Below are positions 18,902 through 27,782 of a stretch of DNA of 64,000 bases, in pieces. Each line of letters starts with the position of its first letter. Position 1 is the first letter of the stretch. Source of the DNA: an uncultured Pseudomonadota bacterium (GTDB lineage: Bacteria > Oederibacteriota > Muellerivitia > Muellerivitales > Muellerivitaceae). The DNA is taken from positions 192,001-256,000 of the forward strand of contig CAVYRH010000026.1 of the NCBI GenBank assembly GCA_963770835.1, in the 5' to 3' direction. Below the pieces are notes generated by a model that saw nothing but the letters and a program-made list of their open reading frames with translations, did no database searches and had not been told where the DNA came from. Made by a program: the position numbers and the translations under genes.

Positions 18902-21397
18902 CTAGGAGATCACGCGCCTTTTTTGGAGCGGCGCGAAATACCAAAAAGCCCAACCCGCCAGCAGGCAGACCGTATTCAAGACAACGAGTGGCGTGAGCCC
19001 CAGGAAATACCAAACCAGGGCGCCGATGGCCAGGCCGGACAAGACCACCGAAGATTTCACGGCGGGTGAATATTTGCTTTGGACCACGGTGTAGATCGCC
19101 CCAATATCGATGATGAGTAGAAGCGAGATTCCGAAATCCCACAAAGCCGTCTTCCAATCCCCCTGGGGAAGGGAGGTGGTCAGGGAAGGCCAGTAGGTAA
19201 TCAGCAGAACCATACCATGAAGGATCAAATACATGGGCAGCACCGCGATATAGACTTCCGTCATGGTTTTCTTGAAACGGTAAGAAGAGAGGAAAAGGTT
19301 CAGGCCCAGCGGCGGGGCCAGGAAACCCAGCTCCATATTGGCCAGGAAGATGATGCCCAAGTGCACGTCGTCCACACCGTAAGCCCTGGCCATGGGCAAA
19401 AGCAGGGGCACCACCACGACGATGGCCGCGAAGATCTCCAAAAGGCTTCCCACCACGATCAGCATGATATTCACCATCAGCAGGAACACCCATTGGCTAT
19501 GGACGGTATCGTGAACCCAGGCGGCCAGTTGGGCGGGCACTTGGGCGTCCACCATGTCGTTGGTGAAGCCAAGCGAAACACCCAAGATCAGCAGGACGCC
19601 TCCCACCAAAATGCCGCATTCGGTGATGACCTTGGGGATGTCGGATAACCTCATCTTTCGGTAGAAGAAGATCTCCACTAGGAAGGCATAAAGAGCGGTC
19701 AGAGCGGCGGACTCCACCAGCGTCACCTTGATAACGAAAAGGAAGAAAAGGACCACCAGAGGAAGGGCCAGTTCCCACTTGGCGTCCCAGGCCGCCACCA
19801 GGGCTTCGTTGGTTTCTTTTTGAACCTCCAACTTGGAGGTCAAGGGATCGAGGGCCCATTTTTTAACAACCGGAAAAAGGAAGCTGCAGAGGACCAAGAC
19901 GAGGGAGATGGAAGAAAAATGCACGAAGGTAATGGGGCCCACACCCGCTGTTTCAGGCTGGATTCCACCGAGGGAAGCTAAAACCGTCCAAGCGGCCTGC
20001 CAGGCGAGTTTCCAAGTTTCATAAGCCATCCCGCAAAAAAACACCGCCAATAAGAGCAGACAAAACCACAACTTGACCGTCCGCCAAATGGAATATTTGG
20101 AGAGATGTTCGTTGGAAGCCTTGACGATTCCCCAAACGGCAGTCAACAAAAGCAGGATGGTGCCGGGAAGCAAGCCCCCGAGGAAAAGGTCCTTGATGGA
20201 AGTGCCGGCCACGACGCCGTAGAGGATGACGGGCAGGCTGGGGGGGAAAAGCATTCCAAGGGATCCGGCCGAGGTCAAGAGGCCGAGGGCGTCCCGCTCC
20301 TTGTATTTCTCCGCCAAGAGGATAGGCATCAAGAGCCCGCCCAGGGCCAGGATGGTGACCCCCGAGCCGCCCGTAAAGGCGGTGAAGAAGGCGCAAACGC
20401 AGGCCGTGACGATGGCGGGGCCGCCGCGCAGGGATCCGAAGAAGGCCTCGAAGACCCGCAACAGCCTTTGGGAAGCGCCCCCCTCGGCCAGGAAATAGCC
20501 GGTCAGTGTGAAAAGGGGGATGGTGGGAATGGTGGGGTTGATGACCATGCGGTAGGTTTCGGCAGGGATGGAATCAATGGGAGTGTCGGAGTTCCAGAGG
20601 AAGATCAGGGCGGCGCCGCCCAGGAACAGGAAGACGGGCATGCCGAAGATCACCGCCACCATCAACAGGCTGATACAGCAGTAGATGAAGGTTGCGGAGG
20701 GGTTGTGGATCAGGGGGGCGAGGTAGGCTAGCCAACCCGCGATCAAGAGGGTGAAAAGCTTTTCGTGCCATTTGTCCGAGGAGCGCCAGATCATCCGAAT
20801 CAGGATCATGGAAAACCCGACCGGCATGAAGAGAAGGATGATCCACTTGGGAAGCCCCAAGGCGATGATGGAATCCACGTCCCTTTCGATCATGGCGTAG
20901 TTCCAGCCGGCCTTCACCAGGTAAAGGATGATGGCGGCCCCGAGTCCGGCGGTGATGATATGGGCGGCGGCCTTGAAGCGCTGGGGGATCATAGCAGCGG
21001 TGGTGGACAGTTGCAGCAACTTGCCTTCCCGGGCCGCGATGGCGCCGCCGAACATCATGATGGCCAGGACCGTGTGCTGGACCAATCCCAACGAACCGGG
21101 GACCAGGACGGGAGGGAACCAGTCGAAAACAGGGTGGAGTTTGCGCGCCAGGATGTCCAAAAGGGGCAGGATCATCATGACGGCGAAGAAGAAGGTTAAG
21201 AGAAGGTTTTCAGGTGTGTGCCAGAAGGCGGGTTTGGCCGGAGCTTCCCCCGGATGGCCGTCGATGGCCATCACCGGCTCGGGAGCCTTCGGTGCCGGGA
21301 GGGCTTCCGGAAGGGTTTGGGCGGCCTTCGGCTCCGAAACCGCGGGACGGGAGCGCTTTACGCCCTTGGCTTTTTTCGCCCGCTTGCGGGGAGTCAT
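18902..21397 (-). CDS. TRAP transporter fused small and large permease (DctQM)
   Basis: DctQ-like N-terminal four TMs, then IPLFTL.G, FTGGSGVTI, GSLGMLFPPSLP.I.Y, ELGFL.PP.GLNLF. Confidence 0.9.
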   Translation of the reverse strand: MTPRKRAKKAKGVKRSRPAVSEPKAAQTLPEALPAPKAPEPVMAIDGHPGEAPAKPAFWHTPENLLLTFFFAVMMILPLLDILARKLHPVFDWFPPVLVPGSLGLVQHTVLAIMMFGGAIAAREGKLLQLSTTAAMIPQRFKAAAHIITAGLGAAIILYLVKAGWNYAMIERDVDSIIALGLPKWIILLFMPVGFSMILIRMIWRSSDKWHEKLFTLLIAGWLAYLAPLIHNPSATFIYCCISLLMVAVIFGMPVFLFLGGAALIFLWNSDTPIDSIPAETYRMVINPTIPTIPLFTLTGYFLAEGGASQRLLRVFEAFFGSLRGGPAIVTACVCAFFTAFTGGSGVTILALGGLLMPILLAEKYKERDALGLLTSAGSLGMLFPPSLPVILYGVVAGTSIKDLFLGGLLPGTILLLLTAVWGIVKASNEHLSKYSIWRTVKLWFCLLLLAVFFCGMAYETWKLAWQAAWTVLASLGGIQPETAGVGPITFVHFSSISLVLVLCSFLFPVVKKWALDPLTSKLEVQKETNEALVAAWDAKWELALPLVVLFFLFVIKVTLVESAALTALYAFLVEIFFYRKMRLSDIPKVITECGILVGGVLLILGVSLGFTNDMVDAQVPAQLAAWVHDTVHSQWVFLLMVNIMLIVVGSLLEIFAAIVVVVPLLLPMARAYGVDDVHLGIIFLANMELGFLAPPLGLNLFLSSYRFKKTMTEVYIAVLPMYLILHGMVLLITYWPSLTTSLPQGDWKTALWDFGISLLLIIDIGAIYTVVQSKYSPAVKSSVVLSGLAIGALVWYFLGLTPLVVLNTVCLLAGWAFWYFAPLQKRRVIS

Positions 21398-22416
21398 TTT
21401 TCGGCGGTTTCCTTATGAGTGGCGCGGTATTCGGTCCGGTACTTCATGGCTAGGTCCATCATGTCGGTGGGGATGACGGTGCCGGAAATCTGGGGATAGA
21501 CGCTGGTAAACATTTTTTCCCACTGGTCGTATTGGTCCGCGGTGATGTCGTGCACGATGAGGCCGTGGTCCTTCATGGTGTCGATGGCTTTGTCCTCACC
21601 GGCACGGATTTCATCCTTGAAGCGCACCCCCGCGTCCGCGGCGGCCTTGAGGATGGCGGGTTGGGCGGAAACGGGGATCTTGGCCCAGGCCTTGGTGGTA
21701 ATAATCGTGGCTCCCACCAAGGGCGCCCACTTAAGACTGTTCATGTGGGGGGCCAGGGCGAACCACTGGAAGGAAAGGGCCGAAAGGGGCGTGGTGTCGA
21801 AGGCGTTGATGAGGCCGGTTTGCAGATTGGGCAGGATGTCGGTGACAGCCAGGGGGATGGGGGAATAACCGGCCGACTTCCAGATGTTCATGGTGTCGGT
21901 ATCGTTGCCCCAGACGAAGAACTTCGCTTTTTTAAGGTCATCGGGGGTCAGGATGGGATCCTTGCCGAAAAACCGCACCCAGCCCGCCTCACCCCAGTTC
22001 AAGACCTTGAAGCCCTTGGCCAAAAGGCGTTTTTCCAGGATAGGCTGCATCTTCTTGCGCACGTAGTCGCTCTCGGCGTAGGACCGGTACATCATGGGCA
22101 AGGAGAGGGCCTGTACGCCCTTGTCGATCTGAGCCAGCCCCACCACGGTGAAGACCCCCATCTGGATCTGGCCGATGCGCATCTTGCTGACCATATCGGG
22201 CTCGTCGCCCAGGACACCGCCGGGATATATCTGAAGTTTCACGCCCGCGGGTTTCCACTGCTCCCCCATGTCCCGCATGATGTTGTCCCAGACCGTTCCC
22301 TCGGGCGCCAGGGTGCCGAGTTTCATCGTGACGGCGGCCTCCTGCGCGTGAAGGGCGGGTGTGGCGAAGGATAGGAACAGCAGGACGGCCAGGATCTTCT
22401 TCAAGAAAGTGAACAC
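21394..22416 (-). CDS. TRAP substrate-binding protein (DctP / TatP-type)
   Basis: Signal peptide; KLGTLAPEGTVW, YPGGVLGDE, LQTGLI; AAAGGAG RBS. Confidence 0.92.
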   Translation of the reverse strand: MFTFLKKILAVLLFLSFATPALHAQEAAVTMKLGTLAPEGTVWDNIMRDMGEQWKPAGVKLQIYPGGVLGDEPDMVSKMRIGQIQMGVFTVVGLAQIDKGVQALSLPMMYRSYAESDYVRKKMQPILEKRLLAKGFKVLNWGEAGWVRFFGKDPILTPDDLKKAKFFVWGNDTDTMNIWKSAGYSPIPLAVTDILPNLQTGLINAFDTTPLSALSFQWFALAPHMNSLKWAPLVGATIITTKAWAKIPVSAQPAILKAAADAGVRFKDEIRAGEDKAIDTMKDHGLIVHDITADQYDQWEKMFTSVYPQISGTVIPTDMMDLAMKYRTEYRATHKETAEK

Positions 22417-22451
22417 GTTATTCTCCTTTAATTGCTTCCAACATTTGACGG

Positions 22452-23369
22452 TTACTGCACGAATAAAGTATCAATACGCGAAAGCAGCCATTTGGCCCTT
22501 TTCTGGGTGATCAAATTGACTAAGCGCCAGCTGGGCTTCTTGTCCGGGTCGATGGCGAGGGCCTTGTGAAGCATGGTCTCGAATTCCTCCCGGTTTTGCT
22601 GCGGCTCGTCCACGGATTCGGCGTAGTTCACGTAAGTGGAGGCGCTTAAACCCTTATTGAACTTCAAAGCGGCGTCGAAATGCTCTTTGGCCTTTTCCAT
22701 GCTGCCGCCCGGGCGGCTTGCCTCGTAGGTAATGAGGAAATCATGGAGGGAACCTTCGTCGTAATCGGGCATCAGCTCATAGGCCCGGTAAATCAACGCT
22801 TCCGCTTCGGAGCGCTCGGCCAAAAGGTCCATGTCATTCTTGTCGGCGGAGATTGCAGCGATCCAAGAAATCCCGGTCCAATAAAGCAAATCCATATCGT
22901 CCTTGTTGGTCTGGGCAATGGCTCCCTTGGAATCTTTCTTCAGCATCTCGGAGAAATGGCCGTGTCTCACGTCCAAGCCCCTCAATCCGTAGTCCCGGGC
23001 CCGGACGTAAAGCTTCTTGGCCCGCATCTTCATCTCGCGGGATCCCCCGTAATCCGTATCGGCGATGGTTTCACTCTTGGATTGCACATAGGCATAGCTG
23101 TATTCGGTGAAGCTTTTGCAAAGGGTGGTCAAGAGGCCCACGTGCCGGGGCGTGGCGGCGAGGATGGACTCCATAAACTTCAGGCTGAAAGGAACGGCGT
23201 CCCCGACCAATTGGGGGTCGTTGTCGGAGGACCAGGTGTCTCCCTGGCCAGCCAAGCCATCGGCTACGGAGTTTACGGCCACGTCCTTGATGAAACAGCC
23301 GTTCAACAAGGGCGAAAGCCCCAGTAAAAACAGCAAAGTGAAAGGAACGGATTTTAAGTTTTTATGCAT
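22452..23369 (-). CDS. TRAP-associated TatT-component lipoprotein
   Basis: Lipobox LNGC; DNDPQLV.DA.PFSLK..E, RAKKLY.RARDY, Q.RA.WLL; directly upstream of dctP. Confidence 0.85.
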   Translation of the reverse strand: MHKNLKSVPFTLLFLLGLSPLLNGCFIKDVAVNSVADGLAGQGDTWSSDNDPQLVGDAVPFSLKFMESILAATPRHVGLLTTLCKSFTEYSYAYVQSKSETIADTDYGGSREMKMRAKKLYVRARDYGLRGLDVRHGHFSEMLKKDSKGAIAQTNKDDMDLLYWTGISWIAAISADKNDMDLLAERSEAEALIYRAYELMPDYDEGSLHDFLITYEASRPGGSMEKAKEHFDAALKFNKGLSASTYVNYAESVDEPQQNREEFETMLHKALAIDPDKKPSWRLVNLITQKRAKWLLSRIDTLFVQ

Positions 23370-23554
23370 CAATTTGAACCTTTTCCCCAAGAGTGATTTC
23401 GCAAAAACAAGGGGGGTGTTTTACTCCTAAGGCTATGGGAGGTCAACCATCTAAAGGAGGCGCCAAACACCGTGAATTATATGGTTTTAGGAAGGCGAAG
23501 GGGAAAATAAGGTTATGCCAAAATTGTCCACCGGCCTTGAAGAGGTCCGCTGAC

Positions 23555-24397
23555 TTAACGGTGGCCGCCTCTTCCATGCACTGCGGAATGAATTCCACCA
23601 TGAGCTCCGGGGGCGTGCCCCCTACCGGCCGCGGGATTGTGGCCCAACCGGTTTCCGGGAGGATGGGGGGTAATCGAGTGAGAAACCCTTGCCCCGGATT
23701 TTCCTTTAAGGGCCCGCTTTTCTTGCAGCCGTTGGCGGACCTTAAGCCAGCTTTTGAAACGTCCCCGGGTTTGGGCGTTGAAGGACCGCAAAGAGAAGAC
23801 TTCGCCTTTGGAGGCCGAGCAGGTTTGACCCGCCGTGACCCGTTGCGAGCCTTTGGCTGTGGTTACTTCCACCACGCCTTCGCCAGTGGAAGTTTGAACT
23901 TGGGAGCCATTCACGGAAGTTTCAAAAACCGTGCCCCGAACCCCGCAAACCACCCCGCCCGCGTCCACCTCGAATTGGGAATTGGTCTGGGAGAGTTGTT
24001 TCTTGACGTCGGAAAGGACGGCGCCACCCAGGAGCTTCAAACGGCTGAGGAATCCGTTGTTTTGGTTTTGCACCAGTTGGGAAACGCGCATTTCCGTTCC
24101 CTCATCCAGGTGAACCAGGGTTTCGGATTTTAAAGAAAGAACGACCTCCGTGTCGTCGCCTACGGAAATTTGGTCTCCTTCCTCCAGCCGGGCGCCGACC
24201 TGGACCTTTTTCCATAAAGCCTGGCCTTCTTTCAGGACTTGAACGTCGCCCGCACCCTCGATGTCGACAATGAAATAATTGGTAACAAGGTTCTCCAAGG
24301 GTAGTTCAATGTCGGCCCTGGCTCCGGAGGAAAAGATTAAAAGAAGAACGGTGAATGAGAAACATCGGATAAAACAACTAACCCGGTGGTTGGTCAT
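23555..24397 (-). CDS. FecR-domain secreted protein
   Basis: L.EGD.I..G, FEVDAGGVVCGVRGT.F, EG.VEV; paralogue of 37221-37991. Confidence 0.8.
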   Translation of the reverse strand: MTNHRVSCFIRCFSFTVLLLIFSSGARADIELPLENLVTNYFIVDIEGAGDVQVLKEGQALWKKVQVGARLEEGDQISVGDDTEVVLSLKSETLVHLDEGTEMRVSQLVQNQNNGFLSRLKLLGGAVLSDVKKQLSQTNSQFEVDAGGVVCGVRGTVFETSVNGSQVQTSTGEGVVEVTTAKGSQRVTAGQTCSASKGEVFSLRSFNAQTRGRFKSWLKVRQRLQEKRALKGKSGARVSHSITPHPPGNRLGHNPAAGRGHAPGAHGGIHSAVHGRGGHR

Positions 24398-24464
24398 GGA
24401 CTTTATCTTATCACGGGTTTGGGGCGAAGGTGGAAACCAGGAGGGGTTGGAATGGGCCCAAAAA

Positions 24465-24506
24465 CAAACGACCGGATGGTTTTCAAGCCATCCGGTCGTT
24501 TAAAAA
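24465..24506. terminator. Intrinsic terminator hairpin
   Basis: AAACGACCGGATGG-loop-CCATCCGGTCGTTT immediately downstream of the 24510 gene. Confidence 0.8.
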
Positions 24507-24509
24507 CCG

Positions 24510-24986
24510 TTATTGATTTGTGGCGGTTGTAGGGGCGGTTTCCGTTGAGGGCGAACCGGCGGCGGGAGATGTGTTCGCATCGGTTTCCCCGTCATTTTTA
24601 TCGTCGTGGATAGCCGTAGAGTTGGCGTCCAGCATCTGTTTCAACTGGCTGTATTGGTCCGCGGTGATTTTCTTCTCACCACTTTGCTTATCTTGGGCCG
24701 CATCGGTTTTCAATTGTTCCCGAACGGCGTCCACGCTGGCCTTCAAACTTTTGGCTTCGTCCGGAGTGAGCTTCTTGGACTTTACCCCCTCATGGATGCG
24801 CTTGTACTGGTTCCGGATACGCCATTCAATCACCTTCCCAGGATGTTCGGGTATGCCGGAAGGGGATGAAGCGGCCGAAGCGCCGGTGGCGGTGGTGCCT
24901 CCCGCGGCAGTGGTATTTTGAGCGAAAGCCAAGCTTGTTAAACCAGCCAATAAAACCGAAACGACGACCGAAACCAAACGTTTCAT
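24510..24986 (-). CDS. Secreted helical protein
   Basis: Signal peptide ending AFA; RIRNQYKRIHEGVKSKKLTPDEA; AGGAGG RBS. Confidence 0.8.
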   Translation of the reverse strand: MKRLVSVVVSVLLAGLTSLAFAQNTTAAGGTTATGASAASSPSGIPEHPGKVIEWRIRNQYKRIHEGVKSKKLTPDEAKSLKASVDAVREQLKTDAAQDKQSGEKKITADQYSQLKQMLDANSTAIHDDKNDGETDANTSPAAGSPSTETAPTTATNQ

Positions 24987-25132
24987 AGAACTTCCTCCTG
25001 AAAATTATTCGCAGTCCCAAGCCGCGCCCATCTTCCTTTTCCGCGGCGGGCCAAGCCCAAATCCTGCAGATAAAGGGACGACATCCTAGTTTGGGGCGGA
25101 AGACCCCAAAAGGAAAAACGCCGTGTTGTCAA

Positions 25133-25160
25133 TTAGACGGGTGGATGCCCCAGAAGTTCC
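25133..25160 (-). promoter_or_regulatory. Putative ECF-sigma promoter
   Basis: GGAAC-N16-CGTCTAA on the minus strand upstream of 24986. Confidence 0.6.
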
Positions 25161-25211
25161 TGGCCTGCGGAGAATTTACTTTTCTAAAACAAGGGAAGTT
25201 TAAAGAGGAAA

Positions 25212-25246
25212 CAAAAAAAACCGGCCCGGGTTTAACCGGGCCGGTC
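25212..25246 (-). terminator. Intrinsic terminator
   Basis: ACCGGCCCGG-loop-CCGGGCCGGT followed by a T run on the minus strand. Confidence 0.8.
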
Positions 25247-25291
25247 AAAACTGCGAGTTAAAGCTATCGCAACTAAACTACCGGAACGAAA

Positions 25292-25471
25292 TTACTTAGT
25301 GGTAGTAGCAGCAGAGGAAGCCGGTGCAGCGCTTCCGCTCTTTTTGTGGTGTTTCTTTTTGTGCTTGCTGGTTTTCGCCGTGGTGGTGCTTGAGGTGCTA
25401 TCTGCCCAAACTAAGCCCGACGCCGAAACGGTGAACAACAAGGCCAATGCCATAACCAAAGCCTTTTTCAT
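25292..25471 (-). CDS. Small secreted Lys/His-rich protein
   Basis: AAGGAGG RBS; signal peptide ending VWA; KHKKKHHKK. Confidence 0.78.
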   Translation of the reverse strand: MKKALVMALALLFTVSASGLVWADSTSSTTTAKTSKHKKKHHKKSGSAAPASSAATTTK

Positions 25472-25519
25472 TCTCGCCTCCTTCAAAATGGTAAAAAAGT
25501 AGTCTAAAGCTACCGTGAT

Positions 25520-25549
25520 TTAGACGGGGAATCCAATTAAAAGGTTTCA
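25520..25549 (-). promoter_or_regulatory. Putative ECF-sigma promoter
   Basis: TGAAAC-N17-CGTCTAA on the minus strand upstream of 25471. Confidence 0.6.
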
Positions 25550-25619
25550 AAATGATAGTCCCATCCCTCTGAAAAGGATTTCCGTTTTCCTGACCGAGAA
25601 AACCGTTTTTTTCTTCCCG

Positions 25620-25648
25620 TTGACAATTAACCGACCGGTAGGTAGGTT
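25620..25648 (+). promoter_or_regulatory. Sigma70-type promoter overlapping a probable TetR operator
   Basis: TTGACA-N17-TAGGTT, 9 nt before ATG; imperfect palindrome ACCGACCGGTAGGT lies in the spacer. Confidence 0.65.
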
Positions 25649-25899
25649 AATGCCCCCATGGCGAAACTCTTGGACGAACAAAAACACGAAGATCAGCGGA
25701 TGCGATTGTTATCGCACGCCCGGCGCCTGATTGCCAACCAAGGCTTTAAGGAAACCAGCATGTCGCAGATTGCCAAGGCCTGTAAAGTCACCAAGGCCGG
25801 CCTCTATCATTATTTTAAAAGCAAGGAAGACATCCTTTTAGCTGCTATGAGGCCATTCCTGCTATGAGGCCATTCCTCAAGTCCAATTTTCTCCTACGG

Positions 25900-26060
25900 T
25901 CAGCCTTTTGGTTTCGTGGATTCACGCTGCTATTCGTGCTCGAGGCACAAGATAAGAATTCGATAATCCTGAGGGAAGCCACCACCTGTCCAACGTGCCT
26001 AAGGCACAGCTAAAACTCGTGGTCATTCCTAAGGGGTCGAATCACGAAACTGAGGCTGAA
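25900..26060 (-). ncRNA. Predicted bridge RNA / seekRNA of the IS110 element
   Basis: Outer stems TCAGCCT/AGGCTGA and GTTTCGTG/CACGAAAC enclose two homologous loops around GTGC-loop-GCAC hairpins; their flanks match the target and donor sites. Confidence 0.75.
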
Positions 26061-26066
26061 ACCTCT

Positions 26067-27137
26067 TTAGAGCATGGGCCGATAAACTTCCTTTCGAACC
26101 AACATAGTCCAAAGGTGAATCAAAAGCTTGTGAGCCATTGCCACAATCGCTTTGTTGACATGCCCCGTATTACGGACGAACCGGCGGAAAACGCGGTTGG
26201 CCTGGGTATCCTTTTGAATCCATGACCAGGCAGCTTCAACTAAGGTAGCCCTCAAGGTTCCTTTTCCGGCCTTCTGCAAATGGCCTTCCTTTCGAGTTTC
26301 TCCGCTTTGCCTGATCCTTGGGGCCAACCCCACGTAAGCCGCCACCTGTTTGGCGTTTTGAAAGCGCTCCGGCTGGTAAATCTCCGTTAACATTTGCAGG
26401 GTCGTTACTTCACCCACTCCCGGGTGGGACCTGAGGATCTTAGCCTTTTTCTCGTAGGCCTTGTCCTTCATCATGACCCGCAAACGTATGTTCACGTCTT
26501 TAAGCTGCCTATCAAAGTAAAAGAGATCTTCCAATAGGCTATCCAACGTGAATCTCAGGGCCGGCGGCAGTTCCATATCCCGCAAAACTCCGATGGCCTC
26601 GTGGGTCCAGTAATCCAGCCCTCTAGGTTCCTTGAATCCATATTGGAGGAAAAAGCTTTTGATCCTTTGTTTGGCCTTGCGTTTTTGTTCCACCATCGCG
26701 TTTCTCAAACGCACCACTTGCCGATCCGCTTCTTCCTGGAGGGTTGGGATCGCCACAGCCCGCAAGAGATCCTTTTCGGCGTACTCCGCCAGCTTGCGGC
26801 AGTCCAACCGGTCGGATTTTGTTTCCAACTGAGCTACACGAGGTGTTTTGTTCGGGGCGATGACGTCCAATGGGTATCCCACTTCCCGAAGGCGACGTGC
26901 CAAGCCAAAGCCAGTAGGTCCTGCCTCGTAGACGACCTTTTTTAACCCTTTTCGGTAAGGCTCCAGAACCTTCACCACAGCTTCCCAATCCGCGGGCACA
27001 GACTTGGTTCCGGTTTCCTTTCCATTGATCCTGATTGCTACGTAAATACTTCGTTTGTGGACATCGAGCCCCACAAACACGGCGTCCCGCTTGGATACCT
27101 CCTTGCCTTGGAATCCTTTTTTGCTAATCTGTTTCAT
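26067..27137 (-). CDS. IS110 family transposase / bridge recombinase
   Basis: RuvC-like DEDD domain (VGLDVHK, YEAGPTG, KSDRLD); C-terminal AYVGLAP...QSG with catalytic Ser; KAIVAMAHKL; AAGGAGG RBS. Confidence 0.96.
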   Translation of the reverse strand: MKQISKKGFQGKEVSKRDAVFVGLDVHKRSIYVAIRINGKETGTKSVPADWEAVVKVLEPYRKGLKKVVYEAGPTGFGLARRLREVGYPLDVIAPNKTPRVAQLETKSDRLDCRKLAEYAEKDLLRAVAIPTLQEEADRQVVRLRNAMVEQKRKAKQRIKSFFLQYGFKEPRGLDYWTHEAIGVLRDMELPPALRFTLDSLLEDLFYFDRQLKDVNIRLRVMMKDKAYEKKAKILRSHPGVGEVTTLQMLTEIYQPERFQNAKQVAAYVGLAPRIRQSGETRKEGHLQKAGKGTLRATLVEAAWSWIQKDTQANRVFRRFVRNTGHVNKAIVAMAHKLLIHLWTMLVRKEVYRPML

Positions 27138-27782
27138 GGTCATTCCTCCTTATGAGTGGCTACTCACCGGGAATAGTTTAATCCCGGCGGTGGAATGGCC
27201 ATCATGTTACCTGTCTTAGGCTGCCATAAGGAAGAAACCGAAACCCTCAAGGACAAATTGGCCAAAGCCGGGAGCATCGAGGGCGTCCTCTACGCCATCG
27301 CCAAAAACCACATGGAAAAGATGAATCAACCCTCCAACCTGGAGTTCGTCAAAATCCTGGTCAACGAAGCCATGACCAATCCCGGGGTGAAAAAATTCTA
27401 TTTAAGTTTCATCAAGGATTCCCTTGTTACAGCGGGACGGGACATCCTGGCGCCCTTCCTCAAGGGAAGGCTCAGCGAAGTCGAGGTCCGGCGGACCTAT
27501 TTCCAGTTCCTCGCCGCCCTGAGCCATTACACTTGGCAAGTAAAGATGGTGGGGGGGTTGTCGGACATCATCGGGGACGACGATGCTTATATGAGGCTCC
27601 TGGCCAAGGTTTATGCGAACCAGTTGATGAACGGTTGAAACTAATTTCTTAAACCAGGTGGAGCTGTCGACGGTTACATCCTGTTACAAAATGAAACAGG
27701 TCCGAAAAGCAAAGTTGCGGGGTTTGCTTCAATATAACACCCACCGGCCACACGGCTGGTCTTGAACCGAATGGAGAGAGAA

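Larger units (their letters stand above)
25845..27213 (-). mobile_element. IS110-family insertion sequence, IS1111-type architecture
   Basis: CTG core at both junctions (25842-44 and 27211-13); subterminal IRs ATGA(T)GGCCATTCC; short 5' and about 220-nt 3' non-coding ends; lower GC than flanks. Confidence 0.92.
25658..27638 (+). pseudogene. TetR/AcrR family regulator interrupted by an IS110-family element
   Basis: HTH (GFKETSMSQIAKACKVTKAGLYHYFKSKEDILL) at 25658-25843 rejoins 27213-27638 in frame as ...KEDILLAVLGCHKEE..., giving 203 aa. Confidence 0.9.

Noticed and set aside
18873..19493. 207-aa N-terminal extension of PncB in the ORF track
   Set aside because: It overlaps the dctQM gene in another frame; homology begins at MSSLIP, which has its own -10 box.
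24990..25130. Riboswitch in the structured leader of the 24510-24986 gene
   Set aside because: Hairpins are present, but I cannot match any riboswitch consensus.
25838..27219. TTAG as the duplicated IS core (25838-41 and 27216-19)
   Set aside because: It also restores the frame, but the CT(G) core gives the more TetR-like KEDILLAVL and matches all four predicted RNA guides in register.
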